Below are positions 17,266-26,883 of a DNA stretch of 28,630 nucleotides, one piece after another. The stretch is from a virus. The stretch lies in UHGV virus genome UHGV-0195556, one strand, 5' to 3'. A program made the position numbers and the translations under genes. How positions within the stretch are numbered: position 1 is the first letter of the stretch; each line of letters opens with the position of its first letter. The notes under the pieces were generated by a model, which was given only the letters and a program-made list of their open reading frames with translations, was not told where the DNA came from and made no database searches.

Positions 17266-17634
17266 TCAGGCGGCTTTGATAGTCATATCATCTGAATCAA
17301 ATATTCCTGATGTATCGATATCGGTAATTCTTATTCCTTCGCTACCATCCATTGGAGGCCATCCTTCCTGACCATTTCCATCATTCCAGTCGAACTCACA
17401 CACAACACCATATGCATTTAAGTCGCTTGAAATTGCTATAAGCAGAGCATGTTGCGCCAGCATGATTAATACAGCATTTAATACAGAGCCGTGTTTTTTG
17501 AGTCTGTATTCAGAGTCTGACCAGAAATTATTAATCTGGTGAAGTTTTTCCTCTGTCATTACGTCATGGTCGATTTCAATTTCTATTGATGCTTTCCAGT
17601 CGTAATCAATGATGTATTTTTTGATGTTTGACAT
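17266..17634 (-). CDS. acidic hypothetical early protein (paralogue of 17815-18138)
   Basis: 122-aa ORF with RBS; shares the motif GW-P-MDGSEG with the neighbouring 107-aa protein. Confidence 0.5.
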   Translation of the reverse strand: MSNIKKYIIDYDWKASIEIEIDHDVMTEEKLHQINNFWSDSEYRLKKHGSVLNAVLIMLAQHALLIAISSDLNAYGVVCEFDWNDGNGQEGWPPMDGSEGIRITDIDTSGIFDSDDMTIKAA

Positions 17635-17652
17635 CTGTTCATATCCTCATAG

Positions 17653-17682
17653 ATAAAAAATTGCCCTCACACTGGAGGGCAA
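17653..17682 (-). terminator. rho-independent terminator (minus strand)
   Basis: 8-bp stem TTGCCCTC/GAGGGCAA followed on the minus strand by TTTTTTAT. Confidence 0.5.
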
Positions 17683-17796
17683 AGAAGATTTCCAATAATC
17701 AGAACAAGTCGGCTCCTGTTTAGTTACGAGCGACATTGCTCCGTGTATTCACTCGTTGGAATGAATACACAGTGCAGTGTTTATTCTGTTGTTTAT

Positions 17797-17825
17797 GCCA
17801 AAAATAAAGGCCGACTATGCGGCCT
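17797..17825 (-). terminator. rho-independent terminator (minus strand), tL-like
   Basis: Stem AAGGCCG/CGGCCTT followed on the minus strand by TATTTTTGG; overlaps the stop of the 107-aa gene. Confidence 0.5.
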
Positions 17826-18138
17826 TATCCACATTCCTGAACCAAACGCAGATCGGACCGTCTTCTGTATCGTGAATCGAACCAACAAACCATCCTTCTC
17901 CATCTGGCATGCTTGGCTCCCATCCACTGATGTTTGGATTCCCATCTTCAAAATACGAGTCAATTACCGTTTGATTGTTGTCGTTTTCCATTTCAACAAT
18001 TGATGATTCAATGCCATGCTGCTTGCAGAAAGATCTGAACTCATCAGCTGAAATTACCTCTCTATCCCCAAACAGGTTGGCGTATTCTGGGTGCGTCCAG
18101 TAGCCATCCTCGCTTCGCTCTACTACTAATGCTTCCAT
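17815..18138 (-). CDS. strongly acidic hypothetical early protein immediately downstream of N
   Basis: 107-aa ORF with GAGGTGAG RBS; about 23 D/E versus 6 K/R by count. Confidence 0.5.
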   Translation of the reverse strand: MEALVVERSEDGYWTHPEYANLFGDREVISADEFRSFCKQHGIESSIVEMENDNNQTVIDSYFEDGNPNISGWEPSMPDGEGWFVGSIHDTEDGPICVWFRNVDKAA

Positions 18139-18146
18139 ATCTCACC

Positions 18147-18473
18147 TCAAATAAGTGGTTTGCTGCCTAATTTCATTTTCTGGCGACCAACACAAGTCAC
18201 ACCCATTTCACTGCGTGGCTTGCTGTACCATGTGCGCTGATTCTTGCGCTCAATACGTTGCAGGTTGCTTTCAATCTGTTCGTGGTATTCAGCCAGCACC
18301 GTAAGGTCTATCGGATTCAGTGCGCTTTCTACTCGTGATTTCGGTTTGCGATTCAGCGAGAGAATAGGGCGGTTAACTGGTTTTGCGCTTACCCCAACCA
18401 ACAGGGGATTTGCTGCTTTCCATTGAGCCTGTTTCTCTGCGCGACGTTCGCGGCGGCGTGTTTGTGCATCCAT
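18147..18473 (-). CDS. N: antitermination protein N (lambda N-like)
   Basis: MDAQTRRRERRAEKQAQWKAANPLL... matches recalled lambda N including the arginine-rich motif; the upstream extension in the track ORF is rejected. Confidence 0.9.
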   Translation of the reverse strand: MDAQTRRRERRAEKQAQWKAANPLLVGVSAKPVNRPILSLNRKPKSRVESALNPIDLTVLAEYHEQIESNLQRIERKNQRTWYSKPRSEMGVTCVGRQKMKLGSKPLI

Positions 18474-18583
18474 CTTGATTCTCCTGTCAGTTAGCTTTGA
18501 GTAACGCGCCGTGATGCTTATCTCCACGGTTGCTGTCTTGCAGCTGCATTTCGCGCTACTCAAAGCTTTCTGCTTTGAATGCT

Positions 18584-18614
18584 GCCCTTCTTCAGGGCTA
18601 AATTTTTAAGAGCC
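18584..18614 (-). promoter_or_regulatory. nutL (boxA + boxB)
   Basis: Minus strand reads GCTCTTAAAAATT..GCCCTGAAGAAGGGC, matching lambda nutL boxB exactly. Confidence 0.8.
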
Positions 18615-18659
18615 TCACCTTCAATGGTGGTTAGTGCGTCCTGCTGATGGCTTAAAATT

Positions 18660-18727
18660 ACAAGAAAGATTGTATGCTGTAAACAAGAAATATTGTAAAA
18701 ATGGGCGTGAAAAACAAACTCCATTGT
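18660..18727. promoter_or_regulatory. OL operators / pL region, 434-type
   Basis: Three 14-bp sites of form ACAA-N6-TTGT (ACAAGAAAGATTGT, ACAAGAAATATTGT, ACAAACTCCATTGT). Confidence 0.65.
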
Positions 18728-18777
18728 TTTTAAACGGAAAATAGTTTGTTTTTTGGTTGTCGAAATCGAGGTGAGGA

Positions 18778-20130
<1,353 letters not shown>

Positions 20131-20138
20131 GACATTCC

Positions 20139-20170
20139 CGCTCTTACACATCCCAGCCCTGAAAAAGGGC
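20139..20170 (+). promoter_or_regulatory. nutR (boxA CGCTCTTA + boxB GCCCTGAAAAAGGGC)
   Basis: Matches lambda nutR as recalled. Confidence 0.8.
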
Positions 20171-20249
20171 ATCAAATTAAACCACACCTATGGTGTATGC
20201 ATTTATTTGCATACATTCAATCAATTGTTATCTAAGGAAATACTTACAT

Positions 20250-20528
20250 ATGCAACTTACAAGTACTCGCAAGAAAGCGAATGCAATTACAAGCAACATC
20301 CTGAATCGAATTGCTGTACGTGGTCAGCGAAAGGTTGCTGATGCATTAGGGATCAATGAATCGCAAATTTCGCGATGGAAAGACAGCTTTATCCCAAAAA
20401 TGGGAATGCTTCTGGCTGTTCTTGAATGGGGTGTTGAAGACGAGGAATTGGCGGAACTGGCTAAGAAAGTAGCCAGAATGCTGACAAAAGAAAAAGCCCC
20501 GAAGAACGGCGAATTCTTCGAGGCCTGA
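20250..20528 (+). CDS. cII: CII transcriptional activator
   Basis: ESQISRWK...MLLAVLEWGV matches recalled lambda CII; start at MQLTST with AAGGA RBS. Confidence 0.8.
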   Translation: MQLTSTRKKANAITSNILNRIAVRGQRKVADALGINESQISRWKDSFIPKMGMLLAVLEWGVEDEELAELAKKVARMLTKEKAPKNGEFFEA

Positions 20529-20562
20529 TGTAGAAAGACTGGATCAATCCACAGGAGTAATT

Positions 20563-20724
20563 ATGACAAAACGTCGTAAGAAATACCAGGAAAAAGAAGA
20601 GATTCGACACCCTGATTCACCTGAGGGATTAGTGGTAGCCGCAGCAAATAACAGGGCGTTCGCAGAGCGCCTTGTTGGTGTTTACAGACTAGCCAAAGCA
20701 GGAGTGAAACATGGGCGTCGTTAA
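20563..20724 (+). CDS. small hypothetical protein (53 aa)
   Basis: Below the track cutoff, translated by hand; AGGAG RBS; overlaps the start of the replication initiator. Confidence 0.35.
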   Translation: MTKRRKKYQEKEEIRHPDSPEGLVVAAANNRAFAERLVGVYRLAKAGVKHGRR

Positions 20725-21601
20725 GTTAGCTGATTACAGGCATAACCCTGTACAACATCAGGAGGCATCCAGTATGGGGTATGTCTCTATACACCGCCAG
20801 TTTATGGACAGCAGGCTCTATAAGGACTCTCAGGCAGTACATCTTTGGCTTCACTTAATCCTCAAGGCTAATCACGAATCTACTGTCGTCAATACTGATA
20901 TCGGTCCGATAACTGTTGATCGCGGTCAGATGATAACTGGACGCCCGTCGCTGGTCAGAGAAACATTCATCCCCGACAACAAAGTTAGGAGCTTATTACG
21001 GACTTTTGAGTCGAAAGGGATGCTTAATATTTGCTCGATGGGGAAGAAATTTAGCCTGTTTACAATCGTTAAATATGACGATTTTCAGGCAAAAAATTGT
21101 CCAACGGTTGTCCAACGGTTGTCCAACGCAAACACCAGTAATGGCGCGGCTCTCAGCGGAGATTGTCCAACGGTTGTCCAACGGTTGTCCATAAACAATA
21201 ATATAAATAATATCTCTAATACTGACGTATTAGAGAGTGCCACAGCAGACAAAAAGTCTGACAAGAAAAAACCTTCCGTTAGCTGTCAGGATGTTGTCGA
21301 TGCTTACCACGAAATCCTTCCTGAAGCGCCAAAAATCCGCGCACTGAATGACAAGCGTAAAAACCAGATCCGAACGTTCTGGCGCAAAGCCGGAGTGATA
21401 ACCCGCCAGCTTGACGGGCATGGGTTCACGATGCAGGACTGGAGAAATTATTTGAGCTACGTAGGCGAAAATTGCCGATGGATGTTCGAAGAGCGTCCAA
21501 ACCATCAACGCGGAACTGTCTGGCACAAAAAGGGATTTGATTTCCTGCTTAACGATAATACCTACCTGAAAGTTCGTGAGGGTGAACACGATGACCGATA
21601 A
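20711..21601 (+). CDS. replication initiator (lambda O-like replisome organiser)
   Basis: Position after cII; contains the iteron array; stop overlaps the helicase start. Confidence 0.65.
   Translation: MGVVKLADYRHNPVQHQEASSMGYVSIHRQFMDSRLYKDSQAVHLWLHLILKANHESTVVNTDIGPITVDRGQMITGRPSLVRETFIPDNKVRSLLRTFESKGMLNICSMGKKFSLFTIVKYDDFQAKNCPTVVQRLSNANTSNGAALSGDCPTVVQRLSINNNINNISNTDVLESATADKKSDKKKPSVSCQDVVDAYHEILPEAPKIRALNDKRKNQIRTFWRKAGVITRQLDGHGFTMQDWRNYLSYVGENCRWMFEERPNHQRGTVWHKKGFDFLLNDNTYLKVREGEHDDR
21097..21192. repeat. origin iterons inside the initiator gene
   Basis: Two clusters of three tandem TTGTCCAACGG repeats (21097-21128 and 21163-21192). Confidence 0.75.
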
Positions 21602-23027
21602 TTTTTATGCGCCGCCCCATAGCATCGAGGCAGAGCAGGCGGTGATTGGTGGATTGCTTCTGGATGATGACAGCAGTGAGCGCGTCCAGAAAGTTCTGGC
21701 GATGCTGAAGCCTGATTCATTTTACGGCCGACCACACAAAATCCTTTTCGAAGAAATAACCAGAATGCACCGGGAGCAAAAGCCAGTAGATGGCCTGACG
21801 CTTTTCGATGAACTGGAGCGTAAATCGTTAACGGCGTCTGTTGGCGGTTTTGCTTATATCGCTGAGCTCGCAAAGAACACGCCAAGCGTAGCAAACATTG
21901 TTGCCTATGCAATGCAGGTTCGTGAAACCGCAATGGAACGCTACGCCATCAACCGCATGACTGAAGCGACGGAATTTCTCTATTCCCGCAACGGAATGAC
22001 TGCAACGCAGAAGTACGAAGCTATTCAGGCGATTTTCACGCAACTGACAGACCATGCAAAAACCGGATCGCGTCGCGGCCTTCGCTCATTTGGTGAGGTC
22101 ATGGAAGACTGGGTTAGCGACCTTGAGAAGCGATTTGACCCGTCAGGCGAACAACGAGGAATGAGCACAGGGATCCCATCGCTGGACAGGATGCTGTCAC
22201 CGAAAGGTCTGGTGAAAGGCTCTCTGTTTGTCATTGGCGCTCGCCCTAAGATGGGGAAAACGACGCTATACAGCCAGATGGCAATCAACTGCGCAGTGCA
22301 TGAGAAAAAGCCCGCTCTGATGTTCAGCCTTGAAATGCCAGGTGACCAGATACTGGAAAAACTGGTGGGACAGAAGTCAGGTGTTAACCCGAATATTTTT
22401 TACCTTCCGGCGACAAATGACGCTGATGACGGCTATCAGGGTGATTACGATGGTGACTTCAACAGGGCGATCGAAACAGCTAATCGCTTGAGTGAAATCG
22501 ACATGCTTTACATCGACGACACGCCGGGATTATCTCTGGCTCAAATCGTCAGCGAAAGCCGTCGAATCAAGCGAGAAAAAGGATGTGTTGGCATGATTCT
22601 GGTCGATTACCTGACACTAATGACCGCTGAGAAGGCCGATCGCAACGACCTTGCTTACGGCATGATCACCAAAGGACTGAAGAACCTTGCCAAAGAGCTT
22701 GATTGCGTTGTTGTGCTTCTGACACAGCTTAACCGCGCACTGGAAAGCCGAACCAATAAACGCCCATTACCAAGTGACTCACGAGATACAGGGCAGATTG
22801 AACAGGATTGCGATTATTGGGTTGGGATCCATCGTGAAGGCGCTTTTGATGACAGTGTTCCACCTGGTGAAACCGAACTAATCCTTCGTCTCAATCGTCA
22901 TGGCAATACCGGCACGGTGTATTGCATTCAGGCAAATGGCGCTATTTATGACACAGACCAACAGTCTGCTGAAATGCGCCGACGTGAACGCGAGGAACCG
23001 CAGTCCAAGAAGAAAGGAGGATTCTGA
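21591..23027 (+). CDS. DnaB-family replicative helicase
   Basis: Walker A GARPKMGKTT and DnaB-like N-terminus; start at MTDNFY overlapping the initiator stop. Confidence 0.8.
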   Translation: MTDNFYAPPHSIEAEQAVIGGLLLDDDSSERVQKVLAMLKPDSFYGRPHKILFEEITRMHREQKPVDGLTLFDELERKSLTASVGGFAYIAELAKNTPSVANIVAYAMQVRETAMERYAINRMTEATEFLYSRNGMTATQKYEAIQAIFTQLTDHAKTGSRRGLRSFGEVMEDWVSDLEKRFDPSGEQRGMSTGIPSLDRMLSPKGLVKGSLFVIGARPKMGKTTLYSQMAINCAVHEKKPALMFSLEMPGDQILEKLVGQKSGVNPNIFYLPATNDADDGYQGDYDGDFNRAIETANRLSEIDMLYIDDTPGLSLAQIVSESRRIKREKGCVGMILVDYLTLMTAEKADRNDLAYGMITKGLKNLAKELDCVVVLLTQLNRALESRTNKRPLPSDSRDTGQIEQDCDYWVGIHREGAFDDSVPPGETELILRLNRHGNTGTVYCIQANGAIYDTDQQSAEMRRREREEPQSKKKGGF

Positions 23028-23110
23028 TGACCATCTACATCACTGAGCTAATAACAGGCCTGCTGGTAATCGCAGGCCTTTTTATTTGGGGGAGAGGGAA
23101 GTGTGGCTGA
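23027..23110 (+). CDS. putative small hydrophobic peptide (27 aa)
   Basis: ATG overlaps the helicase stop; strong AAGGAGG RBS 6 nt upstream; MTIYITELITGLLVIAGLFIWGRGKCG. Confidence 0.3.
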   Translation: MTIYITELITGLLVIAGLFIWGRGKCG

Positions 23111-23429
23111 CTGGCAAATTCCAATCATCATTCTTGCCGGAACTTCGCTGGTTGCTGGCTTTATCCTGCTGAAGAAGCATAAAGACCGTGATCAAAAAGT
23201 CGAAGTTCTCTATGGGTATCCAGCGAACAGCACAACATGGCTGACCATTTACCACTACCGAAAATCAGGCCGCTGGGTATTCGAATGGGATGATCTGTTC
23301 GCTGAAAAGCGACCAAAGTCATGGGGAGACATCAGCGAATGCATGATGTTTGAAGAAAGAAAATCCGGCGCAACTCGAGAAGAGTTTAACGAAGCGTGGA
23401 GGCGATTAAGTGAGAGAGGGTATCAATGA
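23103..23429 (+). CDS. hypothetical membrane-anchored protein
   Basis: 108-aa ORF with GTG start; N-terminal hydrophobic helix IPIIILAGTSLVAGFILL. Confidence 0.4.
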   Translation: MADWQIPIIILAGTSLVAGFILLKKHKDRDQKVEVLYGYPANSTTWLTIYHYRKSGRWVFEWDDLFAEKRPKSWGDISECMMFEERKSGATREEFNEAWRRLSERGYQ

Positions 23430-23662
23430 GCAGAATTAAATCTGGTTATCCAGGAAATGGGGAATACCCGAAGCCATATTTACCTGTAACAGTGACCACT
23501 AAATCTAGGCATCCACATCATTTCAAGCAAAGTGGTACAGCTTATTGGAGTGGCAACCGGTGGATAGGTATTGATGGGTTCAAAATTGGGTATGCAAAGG
23601 TAATTAAATGGGAATTTAACATCACACACTGGAGTTCATCCCATGAGGAAACTAACGTTTGA
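23426..23662 (+). CDS. hypothetical protein
   Basis: 78-aa ORF translationally coupled to neighbours. Confidence 0.4.
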   Translation: MSRIKSGYPGNGEYPKPYLPVTVTTKSRHPHHFKQSGTAYWSGNRWIGIDGFKIGYAKVIKWEFNITHWSSSHEETNV

Positions 23663-24083
23663 ACTAAGAAGCCCCATCCATCAGCAGAACGCCATTCAAG
23701 CCATCCAGAAAATCCTTCCGGACCCAACCAAACCAATCGTAGTAACCATTCAGGAGCGCAACCGCAGCTTAGACCAAAATCGGAAGCTTTGGGCTTGCCT
23801 TGGCGACGTTTCGCGTCAGGTTGAATGGCATGGTCGCTGGCTGGATGCAGAAAGCTGGAAGTGCGTTTTTACCGCAGCCTTAAAGCAGCAGGACGTTGTT
23901 CCTAACCTTACCGGGAATGGCTTTGTGGTAATAGGCCAGTCAACCAGCAGGATGCGTGTAAGCGAATTTGCGGAGCTATTAGAGCTTATACAGGCATTCG
24001 GTACAGAGCGTGGCGTTAAGTGGTCAGACGAAGCGCGACTGGCTCTGGAGTGGAAAGCGCGATGGGGAGACAGGGCAGCATGA
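23643..24083 (+). CDS. ninB: NinB (Orf-family recombination mediator)
   Basis: 146 aa; matches recalled lambda NinB. Confidence 0.8.
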   Translation: MRKLTFELRSPIHQQNAIQAIQKILPDPTKPIVVTIQERNRSLDQNRKLWACLGDVSRQVEWHGRWLDAESWKCVFTAALKQQDVVPNLTGNGFVVIGQSTSRMRVSEFAELLELIQAFGTERGVKWSDEARLALEWKARWGDRAA

Positions 24084-24256
24084 GACGACAGCGACGAAGT
24101 TTCACCGACATCATCTGCGAAAACTGCAAATACCTTCCAACGAAACGCTCCAGAAATAAACGCAAGCCAATCCCGAAAGAATCTGACGTAAAAACCTTCA
24201 ATTACACGGCTCACCTGTGGGATATCCGGTGGCTAAGACATCGTGCGAGGAAATGA
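24080..24256 (+). CDS. ninE: NinE
   Basis: [52 protein letters not shown] matches recalled lambda NinE; ATGA overlap with ninB. Confidence 0.8.
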   Translation: MRRQRRSFTDIICENCKYLPTKRSRNKRKPIPKESDVKTFNYTAHLWDIRWLRHRARK

Positions 24257-24618
24257 CAATGGATTATTCACAGTTAAGTGATTTTGAAATTAACAAGCGA
24301 GTGGCAATTTGCTGTGGATTTGCTCCCGAAGATTGCGAAATCGCAAAGTTGGGAACATCAATCGTTGGTGTTGAGTGGGATGACGAAACTGGTTATGCAA
24401 TAAAAACGGTTGATTACTGTAAAAGCCCATCAGACGCAGAGCCGATTATCGTAGAGAACAGAATTGGAATTATTCCAGCACCAGAAAATGGATTATGGAA
24501 GGCAGCGCATAGAAAAGTTGGCGGTGATAGTACCCCATATCATATGACTCAAGATGAAAACCCACTCCGCGCTGCCATGATTGTCTTTCTCATGATGCAG
24601 GACGCCAATAATGCTTAG
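24253..24618 (+). CDS. hypothetical nin-region protein
   Basis: Start taken at MTMDYSQ overlapping the ninE stop; family not recognised. Confidence 0.45.
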   Translation: MTMDYSQLSDFEINKRVAICCGFAPEDCEIAKLGTSIVGVEWDDETGYAIKTVDYCKSPSDAEPIIVENRIGIIPAPENGLWKAAHRKVGGDSTPYHMTQDENPLRAAMIVFLMMQDANNA

Positions 24619-25326
24619 CCCATCCCAATCCATTCAATACCAGAAAGAAAGCGTCGAGCGAGCTTTAACGTGCGCTAACTGCGGTCAGAAGCTGCATGTG
24701 CTGGAAGTTCACGTGTGTGAGCGTTGTATATATGAATGCTTAAATATGGTGGAACATAATGAGAAATATAAGCAACATAGACGAATTAAGAAATAAATTA
24801 TCATATGATGATGTTTTAGGTGTACTTAGATGGAAAGTGTCTCCTTCTAATAATGTTAAGGTTGGCAGTGTTGCTGGTTACATTAGGAGTGATGGTTATA
24901 GGATGTTAACTATCGATGGTGTAATTACTTATGCTCACCACGTTATATGGATGATAAATAATGGTGAGATTCCATTAGGGTATAAAATTGATCATATAAA
25001 TGGAGTAAGGTCAGATAATAGGCTATCTAATCTTCGATTGGTTACACACCAACAGAATGCACAGAACCAAAAGAGAAAAATAACCAATTCGTCAGGAGTG
25101 ACTGGAGTATATTTCAATAAAGAGAGATGTAAGTGGATTGCGAATATATGCGTAGATGGGCGCACCAAATATCTTGGAATATTTGCTAGCATCATTGACG
25201 CTATTGCAGAAAGGAAGAGGGCAGAAAAAGAACTGGGTTTTCATGAAAACCATGGCAGACCATAACTGCGCAGAACTGATGAGCGATCCGAATAGCTCAA
25301 TGTACGAGGAAGAAGACGATGAGTGA
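24611..25326 (+). pseudogene. ninF: ninF interrupted by a 539-bp insertion carrying an HNH endonuclease gene
   Basis: Codons 1-39 (24611-24727) match recalled lambda NinF up to HVCE(H/R)C; the remainder CAELMSDPNSSMYEEEDDE is encoded at 25267-25326 in a different frame. Confidence 0.65.
24759..25265 (+). CDS. HNH homing-endonuclease-like protein (HNH + AP2-like DNA-binding region)
   Basis: IDHINGVRSDNRLSNLRLVTHQQN HNH motif; AT-rich; sits exactly inside ninF. Confidence 0.75.
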   Translation: MRNISNIDELRNKLSYDDVLGVLRWKVSPSNNVKVGSVAGYIRSDGYRMLTIDGVITYAHHVIWMINNGEIPLGYKIDHINGVRSDNRLSNLRLVTHQQNAQNQKRKITNSSGVTGVYFNKERCKWIANICVDGRTKYLGIFASIIDAIAERKRAEKELGFHENHGRP

Positions 25327-25531
25327 TTACCTGAAATGGTATCTCTGCCACCGCTGGTTAATTAAGTTTGCTGTAAAAGACTGGATGACAGCGGATGCCA
25401 ACAAGCTTAAGCAAAGAAAAGACTATTACTACGCCAGAATGAAGGAAAACTACTGCTCAATTCGCACTCGCATATTTATTAAAAAAGACCTTCAGTCAAT
25501 TCTTCAATTGCGAGGGAAGGTAAATGGCTAA
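25319..25531 (+). CDS. hypothetical protein
   Basis: 70-aa ORF whose start overlaps the ninF remnant stop. Confidence 0.4.
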   Translation: MSDYLKWYLCHRWLIKFAVKDWMTADANKLKQRKDYYYARMKENYCSIRTRIFIKKDLQSILQLRGKVNG

Positions 25532-25814
25532 CCTACGCAAAGAAGCGCGCGGCAGAGAATGCCAGGTACGTATTTACGGCGTATGCAATGGCAATCCTGA
25601 AACTACAGTTCTGGCACATTACCGGATGGCTGGAATTTGCGGAACGGGAATGAAGCCTGACGACCTGATCGGCGCATGGGCTTGTAGCGCGTGTCGCGAT
25701 GAAATCGACCGACGCACCCATAATCTCGACAACAAAGACGCCAGACTTTACCACCTCGAAGGCGTGATCAGGACGCAGGCGATACTGCTGAAGGAGGGGA
25801 AGATTAAGTCATGA
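25524..25814 (+). CDS. ybcO: YbcO-like protein (DUF1364, predicted nuclease)
   Basis: RGRECQVRIYGVCNGNPETTVLAHYR...CSACRDEIDRRTH resembles recalled DLP12 YbcO. Confidence 0.65.
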   Translation: MANLRKEARGRECQVRIYGVCNGNPETTVLAHYRMAGICGTGMKPDDLIGAWACSACRDEIDRRTHNLDNKDARLYHLEGVIRTQAILLKEGKIKS

Positions 25815-26335
25815 ACGGTAAAAGATATCCAACACAAAAAGAAATCAATGAATTGTATGAATATAATAGCGAAACAGGTTTGTTTATATACAAGAGAAGA
25901 GAAAGTGCAAGAGAGTGCTGGAATTCAACATATGCCGGTAAGATTGCTGGTTCTATAGATGAAAAAGGATACGTTCGTATATCTGTAAATAAAAAAGTTT
26001 GTCGAGCTCATAGAATCGCATGGATATCCTTTTATGGAAGTGAACCTGATGGGGAAATTGACCACATAAATGGAGTTAAAAGCGATAACAGAATATGCAA
26101 TTTGCGCGTTGTAGATGATAAACAGAACTCAAGGAACAGAAAAAAGCCTATTAATAATCGCTCTGGAGTAATGGGGGTTGCCTACTATAAGAAGAATAAA
26201 AAGTGGGGCGCATATATAAACAGTGATAATAAAAAGATATTTCTTGGATTATACGATGACATATCTCTAGCCGTTAATGCCAGAAAATTGGCGGAATCAC
26301 GATTGGGGTATCACCATAATCATGGGAGAGGATAA
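25811..26335 (+). CDS. HNH homing-endonuclease-like protein (paralogue of 24759-25265)
   Basis: IDHINGVKSDNRICNLRVVDDKQN HNH motif plus GVMGV..KKW..AYI AP2-like region; AT-rich; wedged between ybcO and rusA with overlapping start/stop codons. Confidence 0.75.
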   Translation: MNGKRYPTQKEINELYEYNSETGLFIYKRRESARECWNSTYAGKIAGSIDEKGYVRISVNKKVCRAHRIAWISFYGSEPDGEIDHINGVKSDNRICNLRVVDDKQNSRNRKKPINNRSGVMGVAYYKKNKKWGAYINSDNKKIFLGLYDDISLAVNARKLAESRLGYHHNHGRG

Positions 26336-26698
26336 ATGGCAGAATACAGATTCACACTTCCGTACCCACCGTCGCTGAATACCTACTGGCGAAGACGGGG
26401 AAGCCAATATTACATAAGCGACAAAGGCCAGAAATACCGAAAAGACGTTCAGCAAATCATCCGCCAACTCAAGTTAGACATTTTCACCAAATCACGACTC
26501 CGTATCAAAGTCATCGCAGACGTTCCGGACTCCCGCCGTCGCGACCTCGACAACATCCTGAAAGGTTTACTCGACTCCCTTATCCACGCCGGATTTGCGG
26601 AAGACGACGAGCAATTCGATGACATTCGCGTAATTCGTGGCGTGAAAGTACCAGGCGGAAGGCTTGGAATAAAAATCACCGAACTGGAGAACGCATGA
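26336..26698 (+). CDS. rusA: RusA Holliday-junction resolvase
   Basis: PPSLNTYWRRRG...RRRDLDNILKGLLDSL matches the RusA family. Confidence 0.85.
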   Translation: MAEYRFTLPYPPSLNTYWRRRGSQYYISDKGQKYRKDVQQIIRQLKLDIFTKSRLRIKVIADVPDSRRRDLDNILKGLLDSLIHAGFAEDDEQFDDIRVIRGVKVPGGRLGIKITELENA

Positions 26699-26883
26699 AC
26701 GCCACAATTCAAACGATACCAGAGCTTCTTATCCAGACACGAGGCAATCAGACCGAAGTGGCAAGGATGCTTTCCTGCGCAAGAGGAACAGTGCTCAAGT
26801 ACAACCGAGACAGCAAAGGCGAGCGTCACGTAATAGTTAACGGCGTCCTGATGGTCAAACAGGGCAAGAGGGGAAGGCGATGA
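26695..26883 (+). CDS. ninH: NinH
   Basis: GNQTEVARMLSCARGTVLKY...VNGVLMV matches recalled lambda NinH. Confidence 0.75.
   Translation: MNATIQTIPELLIQTRGNQTEVARMLSCARGTVLKYNRDSKGERHVIVNGVLMVKQGKRGRR

Noticed and set aside
24728-25266. Group I intron interrupting ninF
   Set aside because: The insertion is almost entirely the HNH ORF, leaving about 31 bp upstream and 1 bp downstream, too little for a ribozyme core; interpreted as a free-standing endonuclease gene insertion.
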